Shown piece after piece: positions 1-10,421 of a stretch of DNA of 64,000 nucleotides. This DNA comes from an uncultured Desulfospira sp. (GTDB lineage: Bacteria; Desulfobacterota; Desulfobacteria; Desulfobacterales; Desulfobacteraceae), in contig OY760175.1 of NCBI GenBank assembly GCA_963663165.1, positions 3,584,001 to 3,648,000 of the forward strand, read 5' to 3'. The position numbers and the translations under genes are program-made. The stretch's first letter is position 1. Every line of letters begins with the position of its first letter. The notes beneath the pieces were generated by a model. The model saw only the letters and a list, made by a program, of their open reading frames with translations, was not told where the DNA came from and searched no databases.

Positions 1-4
1 CAAC

Positions 5-1039
5 ATGGGGCTGAGTGTGGCCCTGGCCGCCCTGGGGATTTTCATCAGCACCATTGGCTATGATGACGCCACCATGTTTCCCAGATACTGCTTCGGCATT
101 GATGCCATCCAGCGGGGCATCGACCTGGTTCCCCTGGCCATGGGCCTGTTCGGCGTATCCCAGGCCATGAACCTGGCCGGGAAAAAAATCCTGCCCGACG
201 GCACCTCCCTTTCCAGTGCCAAACGCCTGGATTTCAGCAATATTGTCAAATGCTTCAAATACTGGAAAACCATGGTTTTCAGTGCCTTCTCCGGCACCTT
301 TGTGGGGCTGATTCCCGGCACTGGCGCTCTGCTGGGATCCCTGCTGGCCTATGAAGGCTCCAAACGGATCACCAGCAAGGAGCCGGAACGGTACGGCACC
401 GGCACCCCTGAAGGCATTCTTGCCTCCGAAGCCGGCAACAACGCCACCCCGGCAGGCGCCCTGATCCCTTTGCTCACCCTGGGGATTCCAGGCGATGTGG
501 TCTCCGCCCTTCTTGGGGTGATCTTCATTACCAACGGTATTTTCCCGGGGCCCATGCTGATTTCCAGTGAGCCGGTATTGATCACAGGAATCTATATCTC
601 CCTGCTCTTTGTCAATGTGGTGGCCTTTGTCATTCTGGCCCTCTGGCTGAGAGCCTGCATCCATGTGGTGCGGGTACCCGGGGATGTCCTGAGCGTGAGT
701 ATCACCATCCTTGCCTTTTTAGGGGTCTACGCGGTGAATTCCTCGCTCAACGACATCTATATCACCCTTTTCTTTTCAGTACTGGGCTACCTTTTTTTAC
801 GGCTCAAATGGCAGATTCTGCCACTGATTCTCGGGGTGGTTCTGGGCAATATTATCGAAGTGCGCCTGCGCAACACGTTGGGATTGTCCGACGGGGACAT
901 CTTTGTGCTGTTCACCCGTCCCCTTTCCTGCTTTTTCATGATCTGCACCATCATGACCATAGTGATCCCCTTTGCCCTGGGCATCCATAAAAAACGCAAA
1001 GCCCGAAAACAGGCCCGACTCAATACCGGCATGATCTGA
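5..1039 (+). CDS. tctA: Tripartite tricarboxylate transporter TctA-family permease (probably 5'-partial at the window edge)
   Basis: Polytopic membrane protein with TctA motifs G-LIPG-G, EAGNNA and LIPLLTLGIPG; shorter than a typical ~500 aa TctA. Confidence 0.85.
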   Translation: MGLSVALAALGIFISTIGYDDATMFPRYCFGIDAIQRGIDLVPLAMGLFGVSQAMNLAGKKILPDGTSLSSAKRLDFSNIVKCFKYWKTMVFSAFSGTFVGLIPGTGALLGSLLAYEGSKRITSKEPERYGTGTPEGILASEAGNNATPAGALIPLLTLGIPGDVVSALLGVIFITNGIFPGPMLISSEPVLITGIYISLLFVNVVAFVILALWLRACIHVVRVPGDVLSVSITILAFLGVYAVNSSLNDIYITLFFSVLGYLFLRLKWQILPLILGVVLGNIIEVRLRNTLGLSDGDIFVLFTRPLSCFFMICTIMTIVIPFALGIHKKRKARKQARLNTGMI

Positions 1040-1096
1040 TGATTTGCACAAAACAATAAAAACAAAAGCAACACCCTGTTATCCAAGGAGAAAAAA

Positions 1097-2980
1097 TTGA
1101 GCAACAAAGTAACCTATATCCGTGAAGAACACCTGATCCTCCAGCAGGCCCAGGCCGAAGAAAATTTTTTAAAAGAATTTGAAGCCGGGCAGTTTACCTT
1201 GGAAAATCCCCATATTGTATTAAACCCCTACCTGATCAACCCCTTGTGCGCCCTTGTGATGTTTAAAACCCCTGAAGCAACGCGCTCCACCCTCACCATA
1301 AAAGGCAAACGCTTTGCCACAGAAGATATCACCCACACCTTTGGGGCCGGCACCACCCATATTCTGCCGGTGCTGGGATTGTACGAAGATTTTGAAAATA
1401 CCCTTGTCATCACCCTGGAAGACGGCAGCAGTTCCCGGGTAAAGGTCACCACAGGCCCACTGCCGGCCCAGGTGAGCCGCTGCCTGAACATTTTCACCTC
1501 AAAAGATTATCTTAAAGATGATCTCATGTTTTTGAGCACAGCCGGCAAGAACCATCCTGCGGCCTATGATTATAAAGGCGATATTCGCTGGCTTTTGACG
1601 GTCAACACCATGTTTGACCTGAAGCGGGCCAAAAACGGCAACCTGCTCACCGGCTCCTACCGGTTCTGCCGCATGCCCTACAATGCCACCGGCCTTATCG
1701 AACTGGACATGACAGGCAAAATTTACAAGGAGTACCGCCTGCCGGGCAACTACCACCATGACCAGTGGGAAATGGAAGACGGCAACCTGCTGATCCTGAC
1801 CCAGGACTTTCACACCGAAACCGTGGAAGACCAGTGCGTGCTGGTGGATCGCAACACGGGTGATATTTTGAAAACCTGGGACTATAAGGATGTCCTTCCC
1901 CAGAATGTGGCAGGTTCCGGCTCCCAGGATGCCCATGACTGGTTCCACAACAATGCGGTCTGGTACGATAAGAAAACCAACTCCCTCTCCTTTTCCGGCC
2001 GTCACCAGGATGCCATTATCAACCTGGATTATGATTCCGGCCGGCTCAACTGGATCATCGGTGACCCTGAAGGCTGGCCCCAGGAGATGGTGGACAAATA
2101 TTTCTTCACCCCGGTAGGGGATGTGGAAAATTTTGACTGGCAGTATGAGCAGCATGCCTGCCTCATTACCCCCCAGGGGGATGTGATGTGTTTTGACAAC
2201 GGACAGTACCGGGCAAAAGCCAAGGAAAACTATATTAAAAACTGCGATAACTTTTCCCGGGGGGTCCGCTACCGTATTGACACGGACAAAATGGAGATTG
2301 AACAGGTCTGGCAGTATGGAAAGGAAAGGGGCCAGGAATTCTTCTCTCCCTACATCTGTAATGTGGAATACTATGATGACGGCCACTACATGATCCATTC
2401 CGGGGGCATTGGCTTTAAAGACGGCAAGGCTGCGGACAGCCTGGGCGCCTATCTGGATAAAACAGACCCCGGCGTTGAGCTGCGCTCCACAACCGTAGAG
2501 GAAAAAGACGGGGTGGTGATGTATGAACTGCAGACCCAAGGCAACTTCTACCGGGCAGAAAAGCTCCCCCTCTATCATGACGGTGAAAACCACTGTCTGG
2601 GAGCGGGGAAGCTTCTGGGCAAACTGGATGTCACCCCCACCTTTGACACCACTCCCGATGCCCGGGAAACCCAGGGCCAGCCGGATGCCTGGCATGATGT
2701 CCGTATTGAGGAAGATGAAGACCGATTCGTTTTCCACGGCAAATTTGAGCGCGGCACCCTGGCCATGCTCTGCCTGGAAGGCGATGCCGAAGATCGGTCC
2801 TATTTTATCAACACCTCAGCGGTATCCAATCTGGCCATGTGCTCCGGCGCCTTTCTGGAGGACGATGACCGGGATGTTAAAATGAATGTCAGCAAAGAGG
2901 GGCTGAAGGGCAGGTATACGCTCAAGCTCATTATCAATGAGACCAAGTACAACCTGGGCATCTGCGTTTTTGCCGGATAA
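1097..2980 (+). CDS. Aryl-sulfate sulfotransferase (ASST family), paralog 1
   Basis: N-terminal NPY..PL.A Ig-like domain; catalytic-type motifs NYHHD, DWFHNN, SGRHQ, YEQHA, FDNG; TTG start after AAGGAG. Confidence 0.85.
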   Translation: MSNKVTYIREEHLILQQAQAEENFLKEFEAGQFTLENPHIVLNPYLINPLCALVMFKTPEATRSTLTIKGKRFATEDITHTFGAGTTHILPVLGLYEDFENTLVITLEDGSSSRVKVTTGPLPAQVSRCLNIFTSKDYLKDDLMFLSTAGKNHPAAYDYKGDIRWLLTVNTMFDLKRAKNGNLLTGSYRFCRMPYNATGLIELDMTGKIYKEYRLPGNYHHDQWEMEDGNLLILTQDFHTETVEDQCVLVDRNTGDILKTWDYKDVLPQNVAGSGSQDAHDWFHNNAVWYDKKTNSLSFSGRHQDAIINLDYDSGRLNWIIGDPEGWPQEMVDKYFFTPVGDVENFDWQYEQHACLITPQGDVMCFDNGQYRAKAKENYIKNCDNFSRGVRYRIDTDKMEIEQVWQYGKERGQEFFSPYICNVEYYDDGHYMIHSGGIGFKDGKAADSLGAYLDKTDPGVELRSTTVEEKDGVVMYELQTQGNFYRAEKLPLYHDGENHCLGAGKLLGKLDVTPTFDTTPDARETQGQPDAWHDVRIEEDEDRFVFHGKFERGTLAMLCLEGDAEDRSYFINTSAVSNLAMCSGAFLEDDDRDVKMNVSKEGLKGRYTLKLIINETKYNLGICVFAG

Positions 2981-3050
2981 ACAGCAGTGCGGCAGATCGG
3001 TGCTTTCGTCAAATCTGCCATACCCCATACAAACCACCAAAGGAAACCAC

Positions 3051-3968
3051 ATGAAACTATACGACACCATAATCATTGGCGCTGGTCCTGCCGGTATGAC
3101 TGCAGCCATATATGCCAAACGGGCCAACCTTGATCTTCTCCTGTTGGACAAACTGGCCCCGGGCGGCCAGATGCTCAACACCAATGAGATCGAAAATTAT
3201 ACCGGCGCAGGTATCTTGAACGGTGCAGAACTGGCCATCCAAATGTATACCCACACCCAGGAGTTAGGGGTGGAGTTTGACGAAAAAACCGTAGTGGCCA
3301 TTGAAGACAATGGGGCGACCAAAACCCTGGTATGCCTGGAGGACGACACACGGCTTACAGCCAAAAGCGTGATTGTGGCCACCGGTTGCCTTCCCCGTAC
3401 CCTCAATGTGCCCGGGGAAGAAAAGTTTACCGGTAACGGCATTTCCTGGTGCGCCATCTGTGACGGTCCCCAGTACAAAGGCAAGGATGTGGTGGTCATC
3501 GGCGGCGGTAATTCTGCTGTGGAAGAATCCATCTATCTGGCCTCCTTTGCCAACTGCGTTACAATTGTCACCCTGTTTGATCTCACAGCTGACCCTGTGG
3601 CCTGCGACCGCCTCAGAGCCCTTCCCAACGTCACCGTACACCCCTATCAGGATATCCTGGAGTTCACAGGCGATCAAACCCTTGAAGGGGTTAAATTTAA
3701 ATCCACCCAGACAGGGGAAGAGCAATATGTACCCTGTGACGGGGTATTTGAATATATCGGCTTTACCCCAATGACCCAACTGGTCAAGGATCTGGACCTG
3801 TGTGACCGTATGGGCAACATTGAGGTGGACCAAGGAATGCAGACAAAAATCAACGGGATTTTCGGTGCCGGAGATGTGGTAACCAAAGAACTGCGCCAGA
3901 TTGTAACGGCCTGTGCCGATGGTGCCATTGCCGCCCAGAACGCCTTATCTTATGTTAAATCCCTTTAA
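3051..3968 (+). CDS. trxB: Thioredoxin reductase-like FAD disulfide reductase
   Basis: GAGPAG FAD motif, IENY, CAICDG redox CxxC, GGGNSA, GAGDV; ATG at 3051 after AGGA. Confidence 0.9.
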   Translation: MKLYDTIIIGAGPAGMTAAIYAKRANLDLLLLDKLAPGGQMLNTNEIENYTGAGILNGAELAIQMYTHTQELGVEFDEKTVVAIEDNGATKTLVCLEDDTRLTAKSVIVATGCLPRTLNVPGEEKFTGNGISWCAICDGPQYKGKDVVVIGGGNSAVEESIYLASFANCVTIVTLFDLTADPVACDRLRALPNVTVHPYQDILEFTGDQTLEGVKFKSTQTGEEQYVPCDGVFEYIGFTPMTQLVKDLDLCDRMGNIEVDQGMQTKINGIFGAGDVVTKELRQIVTACADGAIAAQNALSYVKSL

Positions 3969-3990
3969 CAAACGAATTGAAGAAAGTATC

Positions 3991-4029
3991 CCGGGCCGGC
4001 CCGGTTGCCGGGACTGCCCGCCCTTTTTT
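3991..4029 (+). terminator. GC-rich hairpin followed by a T-run
   Basis: cgggccggcccgg...ccgggactgcccg then cctttttt, between trxB and trxA. Confidence 0.45.
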
Positions 4030-4051
4030 CACAGACACAGGAGACCCTGTC

Positions 4052-4360
4052 ATGATTATTGAAATTACAAGCGAAGAACAATTTAAAGATCTGGTTGGAA
4101 GCGGAAAAGTGCTGCTGGAATTCTATTCCAAAACCTGCGGCCCCTGTAAAATGCTCTCCTTTGTTCTCAAGGACGTGGACAAAACCGTGGAAGACTGCAA
4201 CATTCTCACCATTGATTTTGATGAATTCGAAGACCTCAAGCAAGCCTATAACGTGGCTGGATTCCCTACCATGATCATGCTGAATGATGGTAAGGAAACC
4301 GACCGTCTCCAGGGCCTGAAACAAAAACGGGCCATCATTGAAACCATTCAAGCAGCTTAA
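4052..4360 (+). CDS. trxA: Thioredoxin
   Basis: TCGPC active site, GFPT cis-Pro motif, about 100 aa; ATG after AGGAG. Confidence 0.9.
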   Translation: MIIEITSEEQFKDLVGSGKVLLEFYSKTCGPCKMLSFVLKDVDKTVEDCNILTIDFDEFEDLKQAYNVAGFPTMIMLNDGKETDRLQGLKQKRAIIETIQAA

Positions 4361-4381
4361 TTTACTATCAGGAGTCCGATA

Positions 4382-6271
4382 ATGAATTACAATCTACCCA
4401 AAGTTCAGTATAAACGCATTGATCATCTGGTCACCCAGCAAAACGAAAATGAAGCAAAATTCATGGCCCGGTTCAAATCCCGGAACAATGGATTTGATGA
4501 TCCCATGATTGTTGAAAACCCCTATCTGATCAATCCCCTGGCCGCCCTGGTTCTGTTCAACACCACAAAAGCCCTTTCGGCAAAAGTCACGGTCAAAGGC
4601 AAAGACAGCACAGCAGATCTCACCCATACCTTTCCTGCAGCAGACAGCCACATTCTTCCCATACTGGGGCTGTACCCCTCACAACCCAACACAGTTGTTA
4701 TTGAACTGGCAGACGGCCAAACCCAGACGCTGACCATCCAGGGCGGAGATCTGCCGGAACTCACCCAGAAGGTGGAAAAAATATTTACCACCCCCGAGTA
4801 CATGGCAGGCTCTTTCATGTTTGTCTCGGCCGCCGGCAAATCCCTGCCCGGCGGCTACGACCACAAGGGCCACTGCCGCTGGACCCTGGCGGAAAACTTT
4901 GTATTTGACATGAAGCGGGCCAGAAACGGGAACCTGCTTTGCGGTTCCTACCGCTACTCCCGGGTGCCCTACCATGCCACGGGCATCTGTGAAATCACCA
5001 TGGCCGGTAAAATCATCAAGGAGTACCGTTTACCCGGCAACTACCACCATGACCAGTTTGAAATGGAAGACGGCAGCCTGCTGGTGCTTACCCAGGATTT
5101 TCACCGGGACACCGTGGAAGATATGCTGGTGAGAATTGACCGGGATTCAGGTGAAATTCTGGACACCTGGGATATCCGGCAACTTTTGCCCATGGATGCG
5201 GCCAAGTCCGGATCCTGGAGTGAACATGACTGGTTCCACTGCAATGCGGTCTGGTACGATAAAAAGACCCATTCCCTCTCCCTTTCCGGCCGCCATCAGG
5301 ATATCATCCTCAACATTGATTACGACACCTCACAGATCAACTGGATGCTGGGGGACCCGGAAGGATGGCCGGAAGAGCTGGTGAGAAAATACTTTTTCAC
5401 CCCGGTGGGCCAGGACGGATTTGACTGGCAGTATGAACAGCATGCCTGCATGATTCTGCCGGACGGGGATGTGATGTGCTTTGACAACGGGCACTGGCGC
5501 GCCAAATCCAAGGAGAATTACCTGAAAAACAAGGATAACTTCTCCAGGGGTGTAAGATACCGCATTGACACCAATGAGATGACCATTGAACAGGTCTGGC
5601 AGTTCGGCAAGGAAAGAGGGCGCCACTTTTACTCCCCCTATATCTGTAATGTGGAGTATTATGATGAAGGCCACTATATGGTTCACTCCGGCGGTATCGG
5701 GTATGTGAACGGTGAAACCACAGAGCATCTGCTGCCCGCATTCCTGGACCCCACCGATCCCACCCATGAGCAGAAGAGCGTCACTGTGGAGATCAAGGAC
5801 GATGTGGTCATGTACGAAATGCATCTGCCCAGCCAGTTCTATAGAGCTGAAAAACTGCCCCTCTACCATGACCAGGACAACCTGTGCATCGGCCAGGGCC
5901 AGGTGGTGGGCTCTCTGGATGTTACCCCGGAATTTGATACCGTACCCGATGCCGATGAAACCAATGAAGCACCGGACGCCTGGAACCAGATCCGCATTGT
6001 TGAAGAAGAGGACCGGTTCACCTTTCACGGCCGGTTTGAAAAGGGCACGCTTTTAATGCTCTGCCTGGAAAATGAAAAGGAAACCCACAACTACTATATT
6101 TCCACCACGGCACGGCCGGCCCTGGCCATGTGTGTGGGATCGTTCATGGAAGCTGATGACCGCGTCATCTCCATGAATGTCAGCAAACTGGGTTTTACCG
6201 GCACCTTTGCAGTAAAATATATCCTCAACGATAAAAAATTCAACACCGGTATCAGCATTACCCTAGAATAA
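4382..6271 (+). CDS. Aryl-sulfate sulfotransferase (ASST family), paralog 2
   Basis: Co-linear with 1097..2980 and carries the same motifs (NYHHD, WFHCN, SGRHQ, YEQHA). Confidence 0.85.
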   Translation: MNYNLPKVQYKRIDHLVTQQNENEAKFMARFKSRNNGFDDPMIVENPYLINPLAALVLFNTTKALSAKVTVKGKDSTADLTHTFPAADSHILPILGLYPSQPNTVVIELADGQTQTLTIQGGDLPELTQKVEKIFTTPEYMAGSFMFVSAAGKSLPGGYDHKGHCRWTLAENFVFDMKRARNGNLLCGSYRYSRVPYHATGICEITMAGKIIKEYRLPGNYHHDQFEMEDGSLLVLTQDFHRDTVEDMLVRIDRDSGEILDTWDIRQLLPMDAAKSGSWSEHDWFHCNAVWYDKKTHSLSLSGRHQDIILNIDYDTSQINWMLGDPEGWPEELVRKYFFTPVGQDGFDWQYEQHACMILPDGDVMCFDNGHWRAKSKENYLKNKDNFSRGVRYRIDTNEMTIEQVWQFGKERGRHFYSPYICNVEYYDEGHYMVHSGGIGYVNGETTEHLLPAFLDPTDPTHEQKSVTVEIKDDVVMYEMHLPSQFYRAEKLPLYHDQDNLCIGQGQVVGSLDVTPEFDTVPDADETNEAPDAWNQIRIVEEEDRFTFHGRFEKGTLLMLCLENEKETHNYYISTTARPALAMCVGSFMEADDRVISMNVSKLGFTGTFAVKYILNDKKFNTGISITLE

Positions 6272-6305
6272 TCTTTGACGGAAGATGAATTTGAAGATCA
6301 CTATG

Positions 6306-6339
6306 ATTGCCTGTCCCGGCAGATACCGGGGCAGGCAAT
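6306..6339. terminator. Inverted repeat between convergent genes
   Basis: attgcctgtcccgg / ccggggcaggcaat. Confidence 0.6.
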
Positions 6340-6343
6340 ATGT

Positions 6344-7015
6344 TTAATACCGGAGAGACAATTCCCGCTGTACCACCATTTCCAGGCTGGCTTTATCCAG
6401 AAGCTCAATATTGCGCCTGCTCCTGTCAATAAACCCTTCCTGGCGCAATGCCTTGATCACCTTGGCCACGGTAATCTTGTGCAGGGAAAGAAAGTTGGCC
6501 ATTTCATTCTGGGTGAAGCACTGGGGCAGGATCCATCTGCCTTCACGATACTCACTGAACTCCACCAGCATGGCACAGATCCTGACCGGCGCATTTTCAC
6601 AGGTGAAAAGAGATGCATGTTCCAGCATATTGGACATATTCTGGGCAAGGGCACCCGTGATATCCGCATAGGTTTCAGGGTGCTCTTCAAGCAGTTGCCG
6701 TAAGGCCCTTCTGTCAAGTATATACAAGGTGGCATCGGTCATGGTCCGGATCCGGATCCGGGATTTGTAGATATGGGATTCAGGAAATTCAGACTCCGGC
6801 AGAAGATGCCGAATAAACCCCATGATATTTCCTTTTTTAAAATATAAAAAAGCCCGCTCATCCCCATCAGGGGTTACGGTTCCAAGGCTGCAGATCCCGG
6901 ACTCTAGCACAACCGCAGAGTAGCGGGTGATATCCAGTTCATGCCCTGCAGGAAATTCTTTTTTTTTACCAGCCTTCCTGAACAGCTCCAGATAGTTGCC
7001 TTTTCTCCAGAACAC
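6344..7015 (-). CDS. Crp/Fnr family transcriptional regulator
   Basis: cNMP-like N-domain, RICAML hinge, C-terminal HTH FTQNEMANFLSLHKITVAKVIKAL. Confidence 0.85.
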   Translation of the reverse strand: MFWRKGNYLELFRKAGKKKEFPAGHELDITRYSAVVLESGICSLGTVTPDGDERAFLYFKKGNIMGFIRHLLPESEFPESHIYKSRIRIRTMTDATLYILDRRALRQLLEEHPETYADITGALAQNMSNMLEHASLFTCENAPVRICAMLVEFSEYREGRWILPQCFTQNEMANFLSLHKITVAKVIKALRQEGFIDRSRRNIELLDKASLEMVVQRELSLRY

Positions 7016-7115
7016 AGCCCCCCCAAATTACTATTTTCCAGTACCCATAACATACCTGAAAGCAGGACCTTAAGGCTGGATTAAAAATAGGATAGAAAGA
7101 CGCTTTTTGTCAAGA

Positions 7116-7170
7116 AAAGTATGCACCGAAGTCCTGAATGAGCGAAGATGAGGCACTGCTGAATAGTTAC
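7116..7170. mobile_element. Solo end of a MITE-like element (family A, GTAACT[A/G]TTCA[G/T]CAGTGC termini)
   Basis: aatgagcgaagatgaggcactgctgaatagttac nearly identical to 16375..16408. Confidence 0.65.
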
Positions 7171-7532
7171 TACTTTTTTATTGTTTCATAACAATAAGCC
7201 GCACGGCCACCTACTGCCTGGTAGTCTTCCGGAGAAAAAACACATATACCGCCTACAGGTTGCGATAGTGATCTTACTTTCAACTCATCATAGGGCATAA
7301 CTTCCATATATTTCTCATTCCAGTCAAAGGGCAGCCCCGGATTCGTAACAACATTATACGTGCTTTGGGGAGACCCGAACGTATATACGCCAATCCAGTC
7401 AACAGGGAACAAGGTGTTGACCAAAGACTCAAGCAGCTGAGGGAACTCTTTGTAGTTATTTGTATAAATCAGGGATTGCTGAATCTCTCTTAGTACTTCA
7501 ACAGCTTTCAGTTTAAGGCGATTAGATATCAA
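7170..7532 (-). pseudogene. Truncated sensor domain of a possible LuxR-type regulator, lacking an HTH
   Basis: TNPGLPFDWNEKY...DEL resembles a LuxR ligand-binding domain; the stop codon falls exactly at the family A element end. Confidence 0.4.
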
Positions 7533-7845
7533 TGGTATTTATGCAGCGTTCAACATGTTCAATTTTGCTGAGATCTTTTTAATTCAAAAAAATAACCGTC
7601 CAGGTTACGGGATTTCCCGATACCAGATAGAGACTTGACTTCTGGACCCATTTAGATTCAAATAGATTTCTTATCTGCTTGTTTTTTAAGGCGTATGTAT
7701 TATATTAAATCGATTTAATATATATATTACATTGTATTATTATTTTCTTGACAATGCGGTCTCTGTCATTCTATTAATGGGTTGCTTTAAAGCGATTTTT
7801 AAAAAATCCCCTAATTTTGAACCCGAAACTGCAAAAGGTGAGAAC

Positions 7846-9432
7846 ATGAATTTTTTTAGACATCTGATATGGCTTGTCTGTTTCCTGACAGCTCTGGCGG
7901 CGGTGCCTGCCTTTGGGGCAGACAATTCCAAAATCATCATTGGCACAAGGTCAGAACCCTCCATTGACCCCCATTTCCTTTATACAGAACCCAACATCGG
8001 CTATGCCAAGCATATTTACGGCCGTCTGGTGGGCAGGGATAATGATTCCCGCAGGGAAGCCGATCTTGCTGTCTCCTGGCGGGCCATTGATGACCTCACC
8101 TGGGAGTTTAAATTAAGAAAAGGCGTCAAGTTCCAGGACGGTTCGGACTTTACAGCCGATGATGTCCTTTTTTCCATCAAGCGTATTCCCAATGTACGCA
8201 ATAATCCGGGACCCTATGCCGGGAACTTAAGGTCCGTTGTTGATGTGCAAAAGGACGGGCCCTATAAAGTTATTATCAAAACCGACAAGCCCAACCCCGT
8301 ATTGCCCACCCAGATGCACAACGTCTCCATTGTCTCCTCAAGTGTGGGTGAAGAAGTTAGAACAGAAGATTTCTCATCCGGGAAAGCGGCCATTGGTACT
8401 GGCCCGTATAAATTTGTGGAATATGTGCCCGGCGATCATCTGACCCTGGAACGGTTTGACGGCTATTGGGGACCCAAACCAAAATTCAAACGGGTGGTGT
8501 TTAAAATTATCAGCAATGATGCTGCCCGGGTGGCAGCCTTGCTGGCCGGAGATGTGGATCTCATCGATTTTGTTCCTCCCACTGAGGTGGCCCACCTGAC
8601 CAAAAATGAAAAGATCAAAATTTTCAAACGTCCGGCAGACCGGGTGATCTTTTTCCACATGGACAGCGTTCGCGATGTCTCTCCTTATGTCACCGATAAA
8701 GATGGAAAACCTCTGGCAGAGAACCCCTTGAAAGACGTGCGGGTGAGAAAGGCCCTCTCTTATGCCATCAACCGAAAAGCCATCTGCAGCCGGGTAATGG
8801 AAGGGTTGTCTGCTCCCGAAAGCCAGCTGGTGCCCACGGGATGGTTTGGCCACAGCCCAAATATTCAGGTGGATCCCTATGACCCTGAAAAGGCTGAAAA
8901 ACTTCTGACACAGGCGGGGTATCCTGACGGCTTTGGAATAACCATCCATGGACCCAACGACAGGTATGTCAACGACTATAAGGTTTGCCAGGCCGTAGCC
9001 CAGATGTTTGCCCGGATCGGTTTGAAGGTCAAAGTGGAAACCATGCCCAAAAGTGTCTACTTTGGCAGCTATGTGCCGCCTGACTCAAAATTCAGTTTTG
9101 CCATGCTGGGCTGGGGAACGTCGGCCACCTGCGAGTCCATTCACGGCCTGACAGGTTTTGTGCATACCTATAATAAGGAAAAGGGTATGGGGGCTTATAA
9201 CCTGGGCTATTCAAACCCTGACGTTGACAGGATAATTGAAGATGCGGTCACTATCGTGGATAGTGCGAAGCGTGAAAAGATGCTGAATAAGGCCATGGAA
9301 ACGGCCATGGCGGATATGGCGGCCATTCCCATGCACACCCAGTATACGGTTTCGGCAGGGCTGAAATCCGTTGATTATACGGTGCGCCCGGATGAGATGA
9401 CCTTGGCCTATAATGCGCGTCCGGCAAAATAA
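7846..9432 (+). CDS. ABC peptide/nickel-family substrate-binding protein (SBP family 5)
   Basis: Signal peptide; LAVSW, FKLRKGVKFQDG, IGTGPYKF, DVRVRKAL motifs. Confidence 0.9.
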   Translation: MNFFRHLIWLVCFLTALAAVPAFGADNSKIIIGTRSEPSIDPHFLYTEPNIGYAKHIYGRLVGRDNDSRREADLAVSWRAIDDLTWEFKLRKGVKFQDGSDFTADDVLFSIKRIPNVRNNPGPYAGNLRSVVDVQKDGPYKVIIKTDKPNPVLPTQMHNVSIVSSSVGEEVRTEDFSSGKAAIGTGPYKFVEYVPGDHLTLERFDGYWGPKPKFKRVVFKIISNDAARVAALLAGDVDLIDFVPPTEVAHLTKNEKIKIFKRPADRVIFFHMDSVRDVSPYVTDKDGKPLAENPLKDVRVRKALSYAINRKAICSRVMEGLSAPESQLVPTGWFGHSPNIQVDPYDPEKAEKLLTQAGYPDGFGITIHGPNDRYVNDYKVCQAVAQMFARIGLKVKVETMPKSVYFGSYVPPDSKFSFAMLGWGTSATCESIHGLTGFVHTYNKEKGMGAYNLGYSNPDVDRIIEDAVTIVDSAKREKMLNKAMETAMADMAAIPMHTQYTVSAGLKSVDYTVRPDEMTLAYNARPAK

Positions 9433-9443
9433 TTTGTACTAAT

Positions 9444-10421
9444 ATGACCCTGTTCATTGTAAGACGGCTGATTCAGATGGTGATCACCCTGGCGGTGATG
9501 TCACTCATAGTCTTTGTGGGTATCTATGCCGTGGGAGATCCGGTCAGATTGCTCATCAGCCCCGAAGCCAGCCAGCAGGAACGAATCGACGCCACCCGGT
9601 CCCTGGGCCTGGATAAACCTTTGACCGCTCAGTACCTGCACTTTCTCAAAGGGGCGGTCAAAGGGGACTTAGGCAATTCGTACATCCATAATATACCGGC
9701 GCTTAAGCTGATCATGACCCGGCTGCCGGCTACCATGGAGCTTGCGGTATGTGCCATTGTTCTCTCCATCGCTTTTGGTATTCCGTTGGGACTTCTGGCG
9801 GGCATATATCCTGATTCAACCCTGTCCCGTTCTATCATGGTGGGGTCCATTTTCGGATTTAGTCTGCCAACGTTCTGGGTGGGGCTGATGATGGTGCTGA
9901 TCTTTTCTGTTCATCTTGGATGGCTGCCAACCTCCGGCCGTGGCCAGACCGTGGAGGTCATGGGAGTCGCATTCAGCTTCTTCACTCTGGACGGTCTCAA
10001 ACATCTGATGCTGCCGGCCATCAATCTGTCACTGTTTCCCATGGCCCTGGTCACCCGGCTGACCAAAGCGGGTGTAAGCGAAATTTTACAACAGGACTAT
10101 ATTACCATGGCCAGGGCCAAGGGACTGACCGAACTTCGTATTATGGGTGTGCATGTCCTTAAAAACACGCTCATTCCCATCATCACGGTGGTCGGTCTGC
10201 AGTTCGGCGTACTCCTGGCATTTGCCGTTGTCACGGAAAGCGTATTTGCCTGGCCGGGCATGGGAAAGCTGATCATTGACTCAATCAATATGCTGGACCG
10301 TCCTGTGGTGATCTCCTATCTTCTGATCACGGTGGTGCTGTTCATGGGTATTAACTTTTTTGTAGATGTTATTTATTCTGTGCTCGATCCGCGGGTCCGG
10401 CTGGGGGACCGTGAGGCATGA
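9444..10421 (+). CDS. dppB: ABC peptide permease, DppB-like
   Basis: GDLGNS, RLPATMEL, DYITMARAKGL (EAA loop), ESVFAWPGMG. Confidence 0.88.
   Translation: MTLFIVRRLIQMVITLAVMSLIVFVGIYAVGDPVRLLISPEASQQERIDATRSLGLDKPLTAQYLHFLKGAVKGDLGNSYIHNIPALKLIMTRLPATMELAVCAIVLSIAFGIPLGLLAGIYPDSTLSRSIMVGSIFGFSLPTFWVGLMMVLIFSVHLGWLPTSGRGQTVEVMGVAFSFFTLDGLKHLMLPAINLSLFPMALVTRLTKAGVSEILQQDYITMARAKGLTELRIMGVHVLKNTLIPIITVVGLQFGVLLAFAVVTESVFAWPGMGKLIIDSINMLDRPVVISYLLITVVLFMGINFFVDVIYSVLDPRVRLGDREA

Noticed and set aside
1499..2737. 412 aa antisense ORF, and similar shadow ORFs opposite ASST2, carB and others
   Set aside because: They fully overlap well-supported genes on the opposite strand and are a codon-bias artefact
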